From the NCBI GenBank assembly GCA_963662405.2, contig CAXXKT010000001.1, forward strand, positions 1,408,001 through 1,472,000: a stretch of 64,000 bases of DNA, given 5' to 3'. The first letter of the stretch is position 1. The number at the start of each line of letters is the position of its first letter. This document shows positions 30,361 through 40,136 of this stretch, in pieces. Source of the stretch: Syntrophales bacterium. Lineage in GTDB: Bacteria; Desulfobacterota; Syntrophia; Syntrophales; UBA2210. A program made the position numbers and the translations under genes. The notes below the pieces were generated by a model that saw only the letters and a program-made list of their open reading frames with translations, made no database searches and was not told where the DNA came from.

Positions 30361-31179
30361 ATGCAGAACCCATACATACCGATACCCGTAGTTGTGGACA
30401 AGATTATCACGGAGGTAACGACGAAGGACATCAAGACCTTTCGTTTTACCTTTGTGAACAAGGAGGATGAGGAGCGTTTTTCTTACCTGCCCGGTCAGTT
30501 TGGTGAGCTTTCGATATTCGGCAAGGGTGAATCGCCGATCGGGATTGCCTCCTCGCCGACGCAGCCCGGTTATCTGGAGTTTACGGTCCAGAAGGCGGGG
30601 GTGGTGACATCGGAGCTTCACAGCATCGAGGAGGGGTTCCGGATGGGGGTGCGAGGTCCCCTGGGGAACACGTGGCCGATCGACTATCTGAAGGGGAAGA
30701 ACATCGTGATCGTGGGGGGCGGTTTTGCCTTTACGACGCTGCGGTCCCTTCTCAACTACATGATCCACGAGGACAACCGTTCGGACTTCGGGAAGATCAC
30801 GGTGGTGTACGGGGCCCGTGAGCCGGGGCTGTTGATCTACAAGGACGAGCTGGCGGCCTGGGAGGCCCGGGACGATGTGGACATGAACGTGACGGTGGAC
30901 AAGGGAGACGAGGGCTGGACGGGGCGTGAGGGATTCGTTCCGGCGGTCTGCGGGGAGGTAGCTCCCAGTTCGGAGAACGCGGTGGCGGTAATCTGCGGTC
31001 CCCCGATCATGATCCGTTTTACGCTGCCGGTCTTTTTCGACCTCGGTTTTTCGAAGGAGAACATCTACACGTCGCTCGAGATGCGGATGAAGTGCGGGAT
31101 CGGCAAGTGCGGTCGGTGTAACGTGGGGAACAAATACGTCTGCAAGGACGGGCCGGTCTTCTCTCTGGCCGAGCTGGAC
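30361..31179 (+). repeat. 819-bp direct repeat (flxA), copy 1
   Basis: Reads identical to 36966-37784 by eye, and the translated ORFs in the track are identical over this span. Confidence 0.9.
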
Positions 31180-31200
31180 CAGTTGACGAAAGAGTACTAA
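30361..31200 (+). CDS. FlxA-like FAD/NAD-binding [2Fe-2S] subunit, copy 1
   Basis: PGQF, GVRGPLGN, GGGFA, ICGPPIM and MKCGIGKCGRC...VCKDGPVF motifs. Confidence 0.9.
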   Translation: MQNPYIPIPVVVDKIITEVTTKDIKTFRFTFVNKEDEERFSYLPGQFGELSIFGKGESPIGIASSPTQPGYLEFTVQKAGVVTSELHSIEEGFRMGVRGPLGNTWPIDYLKGKNIVIVGGGFAFTTLRSLLNYMIHEDNRSDFGKITVVYGAREPGLLIYKDELAAWEARDDVDMNVTVDKGDEGWTGREGFVPAVCGEVAPSSENAVAVICGPPIMIRFTLPVFFDLGFSKENIYTSLEMRMKCGIGKCGRCNVGNKYVCKDGPVFSLAELDQLTKEY

Positions 31201-31223
31201 AATATAGTTGGGCACAACGCGAG

Positions 31224-31251
31224 AAAAGCGGAGGTTCCCTCCGCTTTTTTT
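31224..31251 (+). terminator. Intrinsic terminator ending hdr-flx cluster 1
   Basis: AAAAGCGGAGG-TTC-CCTCCGCTTTTTTT. Confidence 0.85.
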
Positions 31252-31486
31252 CGTTTATGACACGTACCTTTCGCGGGCCTCACGGGCGGTGCGAGGTACC
31301 CATCGATTTACTCCCGCCGACAGAGTGCATGGACCAGCAGGGGGCGCAAAGCCCGAATCGCGGATCCCCATGGTCTGGATGTGGGGATAATGATTGCATA
31401 CGGTTTGTTGATTCAGTATGATAAGAGGGATTGAGTCCTTGATGGCACGGAATGAAACGGCGGGAGAACGTGAGGGAGATGAATAG

Positions 31487-32623
31487 ATGGCGGGACCGGT
31501 GACACCTTATCTTGAAATATCACAGGCAATCGAAGAGGCCGGTGGAGAGGCGTTGAAAAAGTGCTACCAGTGCGGGACCTGCACCGGGACCTGCCCGTGG
31601 AGCGCACTGACCGATTTCAACATCCGGAAGCTGATCCGGCAGGGACAGTTCGGTTTTGACGGGATCGAGGAGTTCATGTGGGACTGCTCCACCTGTAACT
31701 ATTGCGTGTCACGATGCCCCCGCGGTGTGGAGATCATCGATATCGTCCGGGCGGTACGCCGGGTCTATGCGGAGGGAGGACTTCTTCCCGAGAGTCTCCG
31801 TGTTTTTGTGGGCAGTCTCTCGGCGCGGGGCAATCCCTGGTCGGGCGATGGGAATAAACGAAACGACTGGTGTCAGGACGGCTGTCCCGTCCATGAAATT
31901 GGAATGGAGTATCTCTATTTCACCTGCTGTACGGTCTGCTACGATCCACGGAACATCCGGGTGGCCCGGGCCACGGCAGCCCTCCTCAACCGTGCGGGGA
32001 TCAGCTGGGGCCTGCCGGGGACGGATGTCAACTGTTGCGGCGAGAGCGTGGGGAAGGTGGGAAACGCAGCTCTCTTTGAACAGCTCAAAGACAACAACCG
32101 AGAGAGATTTGATGCCGCCGGTGTGCGCCGGATCGTCGTCAATTCTCCCCACTGCTATTATACCTTTCGGGAAGAGTATGGTGGCGGGTATGATGTGGTC
32201 CATATCGTTGAACTGCTTGCCGAACTGATCCGGGAAGGGAAACTGGTCCCGATGAGGGATCTCGAAGGGGTGAAGATCACCTACCACGATCCCTGCTATC
32301 TCGGACGGCACAGTGGCATCTATGATGCCCCCCGTGATGTCCTTCGCTCCATTCCCGGGATTGATTTCGTGGAGATGCCGCGGACAAGGGAGCAGGCGAT
32401 CTGTTGCGGCGGCGGCGGCGGCGGACTCTGGACCGAAAGGGAGAAGGGGGAACGGCTCAGCGACCTCCGCGTCGAAGAGGCCCTCGAAACGGGGGCCACG
32501 GTGCTGGCAACGGCCTGTCCGTACTGTATTTCTATGCTGGAAGACAGCGTCAAGACGGTTGGCGCCGGTGAGAAGATAGTGGTCAAGGACGTGACGGAAT
32601 TGATCCTTGAGAGTCTGGTCTGA
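31487..32623 (+). CDS. HdrD-like (Fe-S)-binding protein (fused HdrC/HdrB domains)
   Basis: CYQCGTCTGTCP and WDCSTCNYCVSRCP, then CCG, YHDPCYLGR, CCGGGGG and TACPYC. Confidence 0.88.
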   Translation: MAGPVTPYLEISQAIEEAGGEALKKCYQCGTCTGTCPWSALTDFNIRKLIRQGQFGFDGIEEFMWDCSTCNYCVSRCPRGVEIIDIVRAVRRVYAEGGLLPESLRVFVGSLSARGNPWSGDGNKRNDWCQDGCPVHEIGMEYLYFTCCTVCYDPRNIRVARATAALLNRAGISWGLPGTDVNCCGESVGKVGNAALFEQLKDNNRERFDAAGVRRIVVNSPHCYYTFREEYGGGYDVVHIVELLAELIREGKLVPMRDLEGVKITYHDPCYLGRHSGIYDAPRDVLRSIPGIDFVEMPRTREQAICCGGGGGGLWTEREKGERLSDLRVEEALETGATVLATACPYCISMLEDSVKTVGAGEKIVVKDVTELILESLV

Positions 32624-32636
32624 GAAGGAGTGGTGT

Positions 32637-34598
32637 ATGAGTAGCAGGATAGGGGTCTTTGTCTGTGATTGCGGCCTGAATATCGCGCGAACCGTACGGG
32701 TCGGCGAGGTCGTCGAATTCGCCCGGCAGCTCCCCGGGGTGGTAATGGCCGAGGAGTACAAGTTCATGTGCTCGACCCCCGGGCAGGAACTGATCCAGGA
32801 AAGCATCAAAAAGCATAACCTTGATCGCGTGATCGTTGCCGCCTGTTCCCCCCTGATGCATGAGAAGACCTTTCGGAAGGTCGTGGAGAAGGCCGGGCTG
32901 AACCAGTACCTCCTCACCATCGTCAATATCCGCGAGCAGTGCTCGTGGGTGATCTCGGATGTGGACAAGGCGACGGCGAAGGCCAAGGCACTGATCAACG
33001 GGGCCGTGTACCGCTCGCGTCTGTTGACCCCTCTCGATTCGCGGATCATCGAGGTCCAGCCGGGCGTTCTCGTCATCGGCGGCGGGATCGCCGGTATCCA
33101 GACCTCTCTGGAGCTGGCCGCGACGGGTACGAAGGTCTATCTGGTGGAAAAGTCCTCCACCATCGGGGGTCACATGGCCCAGTTCGACAAGACCTTTCCC
33201 ACACTGGACTGCTCCGCCTGCATCCTGACTCCCAAGATGGATGCGGTTCTTCAGAATCCGAACATTGAACTGATAACCTCCGCCGAGGTGACGGAGGTGA
33301 AGGGGTTCGTCGGTAACTTTACGGTCACCGTCCGCCAGCGCGCTCGGTACGTCGATCACGACAAGTGCAACGGGTGCCTTTCCTGCGTGGAGAAATGTCC
33401 CGGGCGGGGGGCATCCGAATTCGACGAGGGGCTGGCGCGGAGGAAGGCGATCTATATCCCCTTTCCCCAGGCCGTTCCCCAGAAGCCCGTCATCGACCGG
33501 GACAGCTGCACCTTTTTCAAAAAGGGGAAGTGCCGGGTCTGTGAGAAAATCTGCGAACAGGGTGCCATCAATTTCGACGAGGAGGATACCCTCCGCGAGA
33601 TCACCGTGGGGGCCCTCGTTGTCGCCACGGGATACGATCTGATGGATGTGAGTCCCCTGGTGCAATACGGCTACGGTACCTATCCGAACGTCTATCACGC
33701 CCTGGAGGTAGAGCGTCTCTTCAACGCGACGGGGCCGACCGAGGGGAACGTGATCATGCGGGACAAGCGGGTCCCGGAGAGCATCGCTATCCTCCATTGC
33801 ATCGGGAGCCGCGACAAGAACTGGCACGAGTACTGCAGTCGGGTCTGTTGCATGTATTCCCTCAAATTCGCTCATCTCTTCAAGGAAAAGACCTCCGCCG
33901 ACGTCTACCAGCTGTACATCGACATGCGCTGTTTCGGAAAGGGGTACGAAGAATTTTACGATCGGCTGCTTGAGGAGGGGGTCAAGTTCATCCGCGGCAA
34001 GGCGGCACGGGTCACGGATCGGGCCATAACCCCCGACGAAGAGGGAAAACTGATCGTCGAGGCGGAGGATACCCTGTCGAGCCAGTTCCTGCGCCTCCCC
34101 GTCGATATGGTTGTTCTGGCCCCGGCGATGGAGGCCAGGGCCGATGCCGGTGAGATCTCCCGGCTCTTGAATGTCAGCCTCGACAAAAATAAGTTTTTCA
34201 TTGAGCGGCACCCGAAGCTTGATCCCCTCGCGACGATGACGGACGGGGTTTTCCTTGCCGGAACCTGCCAGGGACCGAAGGATATCCCCGATACGGTGGC
34301 CCAGGCCATGGGCGCGGCGGCGGAGGCCCTGACGATTGTGGGGAAGGACGAGCTCGAACTGGAGGCCGCGACAGCCTTTGTCAATCCTGCCGCATGCTGC
34401 GGGTGTCACAACTGTGTGCGTGTCTGCCCGTACAGTGCCCCCTCGTTCAATGTCGAGAAGGGGGTATCGGAAATCAACGAGGCCCTGTGCAAGGGATGCG
34501 GTCTCTGTGCGGCAACCTGTCCGGCGGGGGCGATCATGACGCGTCATTTCACCAACGATCAGATTATGGGTGAGTTGGAAGGGTTGATGGAGTGGTAA
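32637..34598 (+). CDS. hdrA: Heterodisulfide reductase subunit A-like
   Basis: GVFVCDCG, AACSP, NIREQCSWV, GGGIAG, DKTFPTLDC, HCIGSRD...CSRVCCMY and GPKDIPD motifs. Confidence 0.93.
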   Translation: MSSRIGVFVCDCGLNIARTVRVGEVVEFARQLPGVVMAEEYKFMCSTPGQELIQESIKKHNLDRVIVAACSPLMHEKTFRKVVEKAGLNQYLLTIVNIREQCSWVISDVDKATAKAKALINGAVYRSRLLTPLDSRIIEVQPGVLVIGGGIAGIQTSLELAATGTKVYLVEKSSTIGGHMAQFDKTFPTLDCSACILTPKMDAVLQNPNIELITSAEVTEVKGFVGNFTVTVRQRARYVDHDKCNGCLSCVEKCPGRGASEFDEGLARRKAIYIPFPQAVPQKPVIDRDSCTFFKKGKCRVCEKICEQGAINFDEEDTLREITVGALVVATGYDLMDVSPLVQYGYGTYPNVYHALEVERLFNATGPTEGNVIMRDKRVPESIAILHCIGSRDKNWHEYCSRVCCMYSLKFAHLFKEKTSADVYQLYIDMRCFGKGYEEFYDRLLEEGVKFIRGKAARVTDRAITPDEEGKLIVEAEDTLSSQFLRLPVDMVVLAPAMEARADAGEISRLLNVSLDKNKFFIERHPKLDPLATMTDGVFLAGTCQGPKDIPDTVAQAMGAAAEALTIVGKDELELEAATAFVNPAACCGCHNCVRVCPYSAPSFNVEKGVSEINEALCKGCGLCAATCPAGAIMTRHFTNDQIMGELEGLMEW

Positions 34599-34624
34599 CT
34601 GTGAGTAACAAGGAGTAATGTTCC

Positions 34625-35056
34625 ATGGAATTTGAACCGAAGATACTGGGGATCGCCTGCAACTGGTGCACCTATACGGGGGCCGACCTGGCGGGGACGA
34701 CGAGGGTGCAGTATCCCCATAACATCCGGGTCGCCCGGGTGATGTGTTCCAGCCGGATCAACCCGTCCTTCATATTCAGGGCCTTCGAGCTGGGGGCCGA
34801 CGGTGTCCTGGTGGGGGGATGTCACCCCGGGGACTGTCACTACTCGACGGGGAACTACTATGCCCGGCGGAAACTCGCCGTGACCAGAAAGATCCTCGCC
34901 TTCGCCGGCCTGGAGCCGGAGCGATTCCGGGTTGAATGGATCTCCGCCTCGGAAGGGATCCGGTATGCCGATATCGTGAAGGACTTTACCGAGGAGATCA
35001 GGGCACTGGGACCGCAGAAGAGGTTTGCGATCAGGAGGAGGGATACGGAAGCATGA
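34625..35056 (+). CDS. MvhD/FlxD [2Fe-2S] subunit, second paralog
   Basis: CNWCTYTGADLAG, MCSSR, GCHPGDCHY and WISASEG motifs. Confidence 0.92.
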   Translation: MEFEPKILGIACNWCTYTGADLAGTTRVQYPHNIRVARVMCSSRINPSFIFRAFELGADGVLVGGCHPGDCHYSTGNYYARRKLAVTRKILAFAGLEPERFRVEWISASEGIRYADIVKDFTEEIRALGPQKRFAIRRRDTEA

Positions 35057-35904
35057 AGCGGATCGAGGCGCGGCTGAGAGAGGAAGCAAAACGGCTCCTG
35101 GAGACGGGGGAGGTGACGGTCGTCCTCGCGTACGGCAGGGGATACGATGACCGGCACCCCATGCCCTCCGCAGTGAAGACGGCCGCCGATGCGGAACTGA
35201 TCGTCTTCAACGAGTACTGTATCCACAACCTGGCCCGGTACCTGATGGACTATCCACCCGGAACGAGGATCGCCATCGCCGTCAAGGGATGTGACAGCAG
35301 GGCGGTGGTCGTTCTCTTGCAGGAGGAGAAGATCAAGAGAGAGGACCTGGTGATCCTCGGGATCCCCGTGGCGGGGATGAAGGACCCGAAGACCGACCGG
35401 GTCATTGATGCTGCGACGACCGGCGGCACATCAAATCCCGTCCTGTACGATATCCTTCTCGGGGAAACGGTGCCGGAGCCCGATGCGTCACCCTATGCGG
35501 TCCTGGAGGAACTGGAAGGAATGGAAGGTGCCGATCGGTGGGGCTTCTGGCAAAAAGAACTCGGGCGATGCATCCGTTGCTACGCCTGTCGCCAGGCCTG
35601 CCCCCTGTGCTATTGTGATCCCTGCTTCGTCGATCAGTCCCAGCCCCGCTGGGCGGATAAGTCTCCGTCGATCGAGAGCAATCTCATGTTTCACCTGACC
35701 CGCTTTTACCACCTGGCGGGACGGTGCGTCGATTGCGGGGAGTGCTCGCGGGCCTGCCCCATGGAGATTCCCTTGTACCTTTTCCACAAGAAGGTTGCCA
35801 GGGAGTGCGAGGAGATGTTCGGGCAGGCGGCCGGGATGAGCGTGGATGACAAACCGGCGATGGTCGACTTCAGGGTGGAAGACGCGGACGAGATACTGCT
35901 GTAA
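35053..35904 (+). CDS. FlxC-like 4Fe-4S protein, second paralog
   Basis: CIRCYACRQACPLCYC and GRCVDCGECSRACP motifs; ATGA overlap with the upstream gene. Confidence 0.82.
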   Translation: MKRIEARLREEAKRLLETGEVTVVLAYGRGYDDRHPMPSAVKTAADAELIVFNEYCIHNLARYLMDYPPGTRIAIAVKGCDSRAVVVLLQEEKIKREDLVILGIPVAGMKDPKTDRVIDAATTGGTSNPVLYDILLGETVPEPDASPYAVLEELEGMEGADRWGFWQKELGRCIRCYACRQACPLCYCDPCFVDQSQPRWADKSPSIESNLMFHLTRFYHLAGRCVDCGECSRACPMEIPLYLFHKKVARECEEMFGQAAGMSVDDKPAMVDFRVEDADEILL

Positions 35905-35915
35905 GGAGTTGAGGC

Positions 35916-36938
35916 GTGCTGAGAAAGATTGGATTTGAAAAGGTAGAGGCATTGGCATCCGCCCTGATGGAGAAGGGGGAACTCTTTGCCCCGGTCGCGG
36001 ACAGCGCCGGTGTCGATTTTTGGAAGATCGACGATCCCGGCGACGTGACGCTGGACTTCTCCAATACCCTTCGGAGTCCCAAGTCCGTCTTTTTCCCCCA
36101 GGCGGATGATATGGTCCGTTACCGTCTCGCCCATGACGGGATCGAGACCGAAGAGGTCCCCCTCGGTTTTGATCGACGGATTATCCTGGGGGTACGCCCC
36201 TGTGACGTACGGAGCTTTGCGGTGATGGACCAGCTTTTTCTCGGAGACGATATCGTCGACCCCTACTGGGCGGAGAGACGAAAGAACACAACAATCATCG
36301 GGTATGCCTTCGACGCGGTTGAACCGGCCGATTTCTACACCACCTTCGGGATCGGGGCCGCCGACCCGACGGGGAGCGACATCTTCATGATAAAGGGGGA
36401 GGGGGTGTTCCTCCTGAAGGGGATCACGGATCGGGGAGAAGAGCTCCTCGGCGCGATCCCGGTTCTTGAAGACGCCTCGGCGCAGGACGGGGAATATTTC
36501 GAAAAGAAGATAGCGGATAACTCCCAACTCGAGACGCGGATCCTCGGGACGGAAGGGATTGCGAAGAAACTGGAGGGTGTCTTTGAAGATCCGTACTGGA
36601 CCGACGCGGCCGCCCCCTGCCTGAACTGTGGGGTATGCACCTTCGTCTGCCCCACCTGTCACTGCTTCGATATCCAGGACGAGACCCTCTTCGGCGGCGG
36701 CGCGCGCAGGCGGATATGGGACTCGTGCATGTTCACCGATTTTACCTTGCACACGAGCGGACACAACCCCCGGACAAAGAAATCGCAGCGGCTCCGCCAG
36801 CGAATCAATCACAAATTTTCCTATTATATGACCAACTTTGACGTCTTTTCCTGCGTGGGATGCGGTCGGTGCACCCGGTCCTGTCCCGTCAACATCGATA
36901 TCGTGGCCGTTGTTGAAGGGGCGGCTTCACTCCCATAA
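35916..36938 (+). CDS. FlxB-like 4Fe-4S protein, second paralog
   Basis: GVRPCD, CLNCGVCTFVCPTCHCFD and CVGCGRCTRSCPVNIDI motifs. Confidence 0.85.
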   Translation: MLRKIGFEKVEALASALMEKGELFAPVADSAGVDFWKIDDPGDVTLDFSNTLRSPKSVFFPQADDMVRYRLAHDGIETEEVPLGFDRRIILGVRPCDVRSFAVMDQLFLGDDIVDPYWAERRKNTTIIGYAFDAVEPADFYTTFGIGAADPTGSDIFMIKGEGVFLLKGITDRGEELLGAIPVLEDASAQDGEYFEKKIADNSQLETRILGTEGIAKKLEGVFEDPYWTDAAAPCLNCGVCTFVCPTCHCFDIQDETLFGGGARRRIWDSCMFTDFTLHTSGHNPRTKKSQRLRQRINHKFSYYMTNFDVFSCVGCGRCTRSCPVNIDIVAVVEGAASLP

Positions 36939-36965
36939 GAAAAACGATCAGCCGAAAGTGATTTC

Positions 36966-37784
36966 ATGCAGAACCCATACATACCGATACCCGTAGTTGT
37001 GGACAAGATTATCACGGAGGTAACGACGAAGGACATCAAGACCTTTCGTTTTACCTTTGTGAACAAGGAGGATGAGGAGCGTTTTTCTTACCTGCCCGGT
37101 CAGTTTGGTGAGCTTTCGATATTCGGCAAGGGTGAATCGCCGATCGGGATTGCCTCCTCGCCGACGCAGCCCGGTTATCTGGAGTTTACGGTCCAGAAGG
37201 CGGGGGTGGTGACATCGGAGCTTCACAGCATCGAGGAGGGGTTCCGGATGGGGGTGCGAGGTCCCCTGGGGAACACGTGGCCGATCGACTATCTGAAGGG
37301 GAAGAACATCGTGATCGTGGGGGGCGGTTTTGCCTTTACGACGCTGCGGTCCCTTCTCAACTACATGATCCACGAGGACAACCGTTCGGACTTCGGGAAG
37401 ATCACGGTGGTGTACGGGGCCCGTGAGCCGGGGCTGTTGATCTACAAGGACGAGCTGGCGGCCTGGGAGGCCCGGGACGATGTGGACATGAACGTGACGG
37501 TGGACAAGGGAGACGAGGGCTGGACGGGGCGTGAGGGATTCGTTCCGGCGGTCTGCGGGGAGGTAGCTCCCAGTTCGGAGAACGCGGTGGCGGTAATCTG
37601 CGGTCCCCCGATCATGATCCGTTTTACGCTGCCGGTCTTTTTCGACCTCGGTTTTTCGAAGGAGAACATCTACACGTCGCTCGAGATGCGGATGAAGTGC
37701 GGGATCGGCAAGTGCGGTCGGTGTAACGTGGGGAACAAATACGTCTGCAAGGACGGGCCGGTCTTCTCTCTGGCCGAGCTGGAC
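36966..37784 (+). repeat. 819-bp direct repeat (flxA), copy 2
   Basis: Matches 30361-31179. Confidence 0.9.
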
Positions 37785-37832
37785 TGGATACCCTCACAAA
37801 AGAGTATTAAAATTGTGATCCGTGGTGTGTGA
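36966..37832 (+). CDS. FlxA-like subunit, copy 2 (aberrant C-terminus from a 5-bp duplication)
   Basis: Identical to copy 1 through ...SLAELD, then an out-of-frame tail. The native-looking LDTLTKEY* lies in another frame. Confidence 0.85.
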   Translation: MQNPYIPIPVVVDKIITEVTTKDIKTFRFTFVNKEDEERFSYLPGQFGELSIFGKGESPIGIASSPTQPGYLEFTVQKAGVVTSELHSIEEGFRMGVRGPLGNTWPIDYLKGKNIVIVGGGFAFTTLRSLLNYMIHEDNRSDFGKITVVYGAREPGLLIYKDELAAWEARDDVDMNVTVDKGDEGWTGREGFVPAVCGEVAPSSENAVAVICGPPIMIRFTLPVFFDLGFSKENIYTSLEMRMKCGIGKCGRCNVGNKYVCKDGPVFSLAELDWIPSQKSIKIVIRGV

Positions 37833-37915
37833 TCCGTATACCGTCGCGACAAATCTCATGGGGCAGACCCCGGGGAGAGACGCCACGCGAATAGTACGAA
37901 GAAAGGTGAGTACGG

Positions 37916-38698
37916 ATGTATTATAATTGTTTGTTGCTGGAGAAAGAAGAAGGTGTCGGGGTCCTTTCCGTTAATCGTCCTGAGGCTCTCAACGCCTTGG
38001 ATATCAACGTCATGAAAGATCTGAAGCAAGCGGTTGGCGATATCGCCGGTGACGATGAGATCCAGGTGCTGGTCATCACCGGTGTGGGTGAAAAGGCCTT
38101 TGTGGCGGGGGCCGACATCAAATTTATGCAGTCCATGACCTCGCTCGAGGGGAGAAGGTGGGGGATGTTGGGGCAGCAGATCTTCAGGGAGATAGAAAAA
38201 ATGGAGAAGCCCACCATAGCCGCCGTGAACGGATTTTGCCTCGGGGGAGGCTGTGAACTCGCCATGGCGGCCGATATCAGACTCGCCTCAGAAAAGGCAA
38301 AATTCGGGCAGCCCGAGGTTGGACTCGGTATAACGCCGGGGCATGGTGGAACGCAGAGGCTCCCGAGATTGATCGGAGAGGGAAGGGCCATGGAACTCTG
38401 TCTGACAGGGGATATGATTGATGCCCAGGAGGCCTATCGAATCGGGCTCGTGAATCACGTCTACCCCGCCTCAGAGTTGATGGATGCGGCGCAGACACTG
38501 GCCCGGCGCATCGCGAAAAACGCCCCTGTTGCCGTAAGACACGCCAAAGTCGCAATCAACCGAGGAATGCAGGTAGATATCGATACGGCGATGACCATCG
38601 AGGCCGATCTCTTCGGCATCTGTTTTTCAACCGCTGATCAAAAGGAAGGGATGGGTGCCTTTATCGAAAAGAGAAAGGCCGCTTTTCAGGGAAAATAG
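37916..38698 (+). CDS. crt: Short-chain enoyl-CoA hydratase (crotonase)
   Basis: NRPEALNAL, KAFVAGADI, AAVNGFCLGGGCELAMA, FGQPEVGLGITPGHGGTQRL and DQKEGMGAFIEKR motifs. Confidence 0.9.
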   Translation: MYYNCLLLEKEEGVGVLSVNRPEALNALDINVMKDLKQAVGDIAGDDEIQVLVITGVGEKAFVAGADIKFMQSMTSLEGRRWGMLGQQIFREIEKMEKPTIAAVNGFCLGGGCELAMAADIRLASEKAKFGQPEVGLGITPGHGGTQRLPRLIGEGRAMELCLTGDMIDAQEAYRIGLVNHVYPASELMDAAQTLARRIAKNAPVAVRHAKVAINRGMQVDIDTAMTIEADLFGICFSTADQKEGMGAFIEKRKAAFQGK

Positions 38699-38720
38699 AG
38701 GCACCGCCACGAACCAAACC

Positions 38721-38747
38721 CATTCCCCCCCCCGCAAGGGGGGAATG
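38721..38747. terminator. GC-rich hairpin between convergent genes
   Basis: CATTCCCCCC...GCAA...GGGGGGAATG. Confidence 0.55.
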
Positions 38748-38772
38748 ATCCTGGAAACAAAGGAGCCTGCCC

Positions 38773-39228
38773 TTATCCGTCTTTTCTTTCCCATTCATAG
38801 GGTATGTCGTTTTCGTGTGGGTGGACACGGAACTCGTCCGGGTCTTCATAATCGTATGTTTCAGTGGGGGTATTGACAACGATGGCCTCCCCCGGTGAGA
38901 CACATTTGAACCCGTGGTAGACGTACGGGGGGATGTGCACCAGGATGGGGTTGTGCTCCCCGACGAAGAATTCGTTGACCTCTCGGTGTGTCGGGGATCC
39001 TTCCCTCCCGTCGTAGAGAACGATCTTCATCGTTCCCTTCACCACCGCCATGTTGTCGGACTGTTTCTTGTGGTAGTGCCACCCCTTGACCACCCCTGGG
39101 TAGGCGGTGGTCATGTAGACCTGGCCGAATCCCTCGAAGACCCCGTCGTCCCGGCGCAATATCTCCATCAACCGTCCCCGCTCATCAGGGATGACCCGCA
39201 ACTTCTTGATCGCAACGCCCTCTATCAT
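38773..39228 (-). CDS. dTDP-4-dehydrorhamnose 3,5-epimerase family (cupin) protein
   Basis: DERGRLME, PGVVKGWHYH and IPPYVYHGFK motifs. GGAGG RBS. Confidence 0.88.
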   Translation of the reverse strand: MIEGVAIKKLRVIPDERGRLMEILRRDDGVFEGFGQVYMTTAYPGVVKGWHYHKKQSDNMAVVKGTMKIVLYDGREGSPTHREVNEFFVGEHNPILVHIPPYVYHGFKCVSPGEAIVVNTPTETYDYEDPDEFRVHPHENDIPYEWERKDG

Positions 39229-39238
39229 TCCGTCCTCC

Positions 39239-39967
39239 TTACCGGTTGTTCGATCCGGTTTCAGCGACCATATTCCCCGCGTACCGGAGCGAGTCGAAGG
39301 TCCCCGCGTCCGTCCACCAGCCATCCAGGATGTCGTGGGTGATGGTCCCCTTGCCGATGTAATGGTTGTTTACGTCGGTGATCTCCAGCTCACCCCTGTC
39401 CGAGGGCTTCAGGGTCTTGATAAAATCAAAGACCGTATGATCATACATGTAGATCCCGATCACGGCGTATGAAGAGGCCGGGTTCGCGGGTTTCTCGTCG
39501 ATCCGGACGATCCTGCCATTCTCGAATGTCGGGACGCCGAAGCGCTGAGGATCGTGGACCTCCTTGAGAAGGACCTTGGCCCCCTCCTTTTGCCCTTCGA
39601 AGTCCTGGACCGCCTTTTTGATATTTTTTTCAATGATATTGTCACCCAGCATGACGACGATCTTATCGTGATCCGCGAAGAATTCCGCTAGACTCAGGGC
39701 GGCGGCGATGCCCCCTTCACCTTCCTGGTATGTATAATTCAGATGCCGGAGACCGAAATCCTTGCCGTTGCCCAGCAATTTCAGGAAATCGCCGGCATTA
39801 TTCCCTCCCGTGACGATCAGGATCTCGTCTATCCCGGCGTTGACCAGTGTGGCGATCGGATAATATATCATCGGTTTGTCATAGATCGGCAACAAATGCT
39901 TGTTCGTGACCTTCGTGAGCGGGTGCATCCTGGTGCCGAGTCCCCCCGCAAGAACGATTCCCTTCAT
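39239..39967 (-). CDS. Sugar-phosphate nucleotidyltransferase (RfbA/SpsI-like)
   Basis: MKGIVLAGGLGTR, KHLLPIYDKPMIYYP, PSDRGELEITD and WTDAGT motifs. Confidence 0.92.
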   Translation of the reverse strand: MKGIVLAGGLGTRMHPLTKVTNKHLLPIYDKPMIYYPIATLVNAGIDEILIVTGGNNAGDFLKLLGNGKDFGLRHLNYTYQEGEGGIAAALSLAEFFADHDKIVVMLGDNIIEKNIKKAVQDFEGQKEGAKVLLKEVHDPQRFGVPTFENGRIVRIDEKPANPASSYAVIGIYMYDHTVFDFIKTLKPSDRGELEITDVNNHYIGKGTITHDILDGWWTDAGTFDSLRYAGNMVAETGSNNR

Positions 39968-40136
39968 ATATTCGCTCCTCTCTTCGAGATACTCAAAAAC
40001 ACTCGGTACCCCATAGCATATTTTGATGATGCGGGACAACCAATAATACGGATACGCTCGGGATCATTCCTTTTCTTTACACGAGATGTGCCATATAGTA
40101 TATGGTGACACAAATAGACGCACCGGGTGCAGAGCT

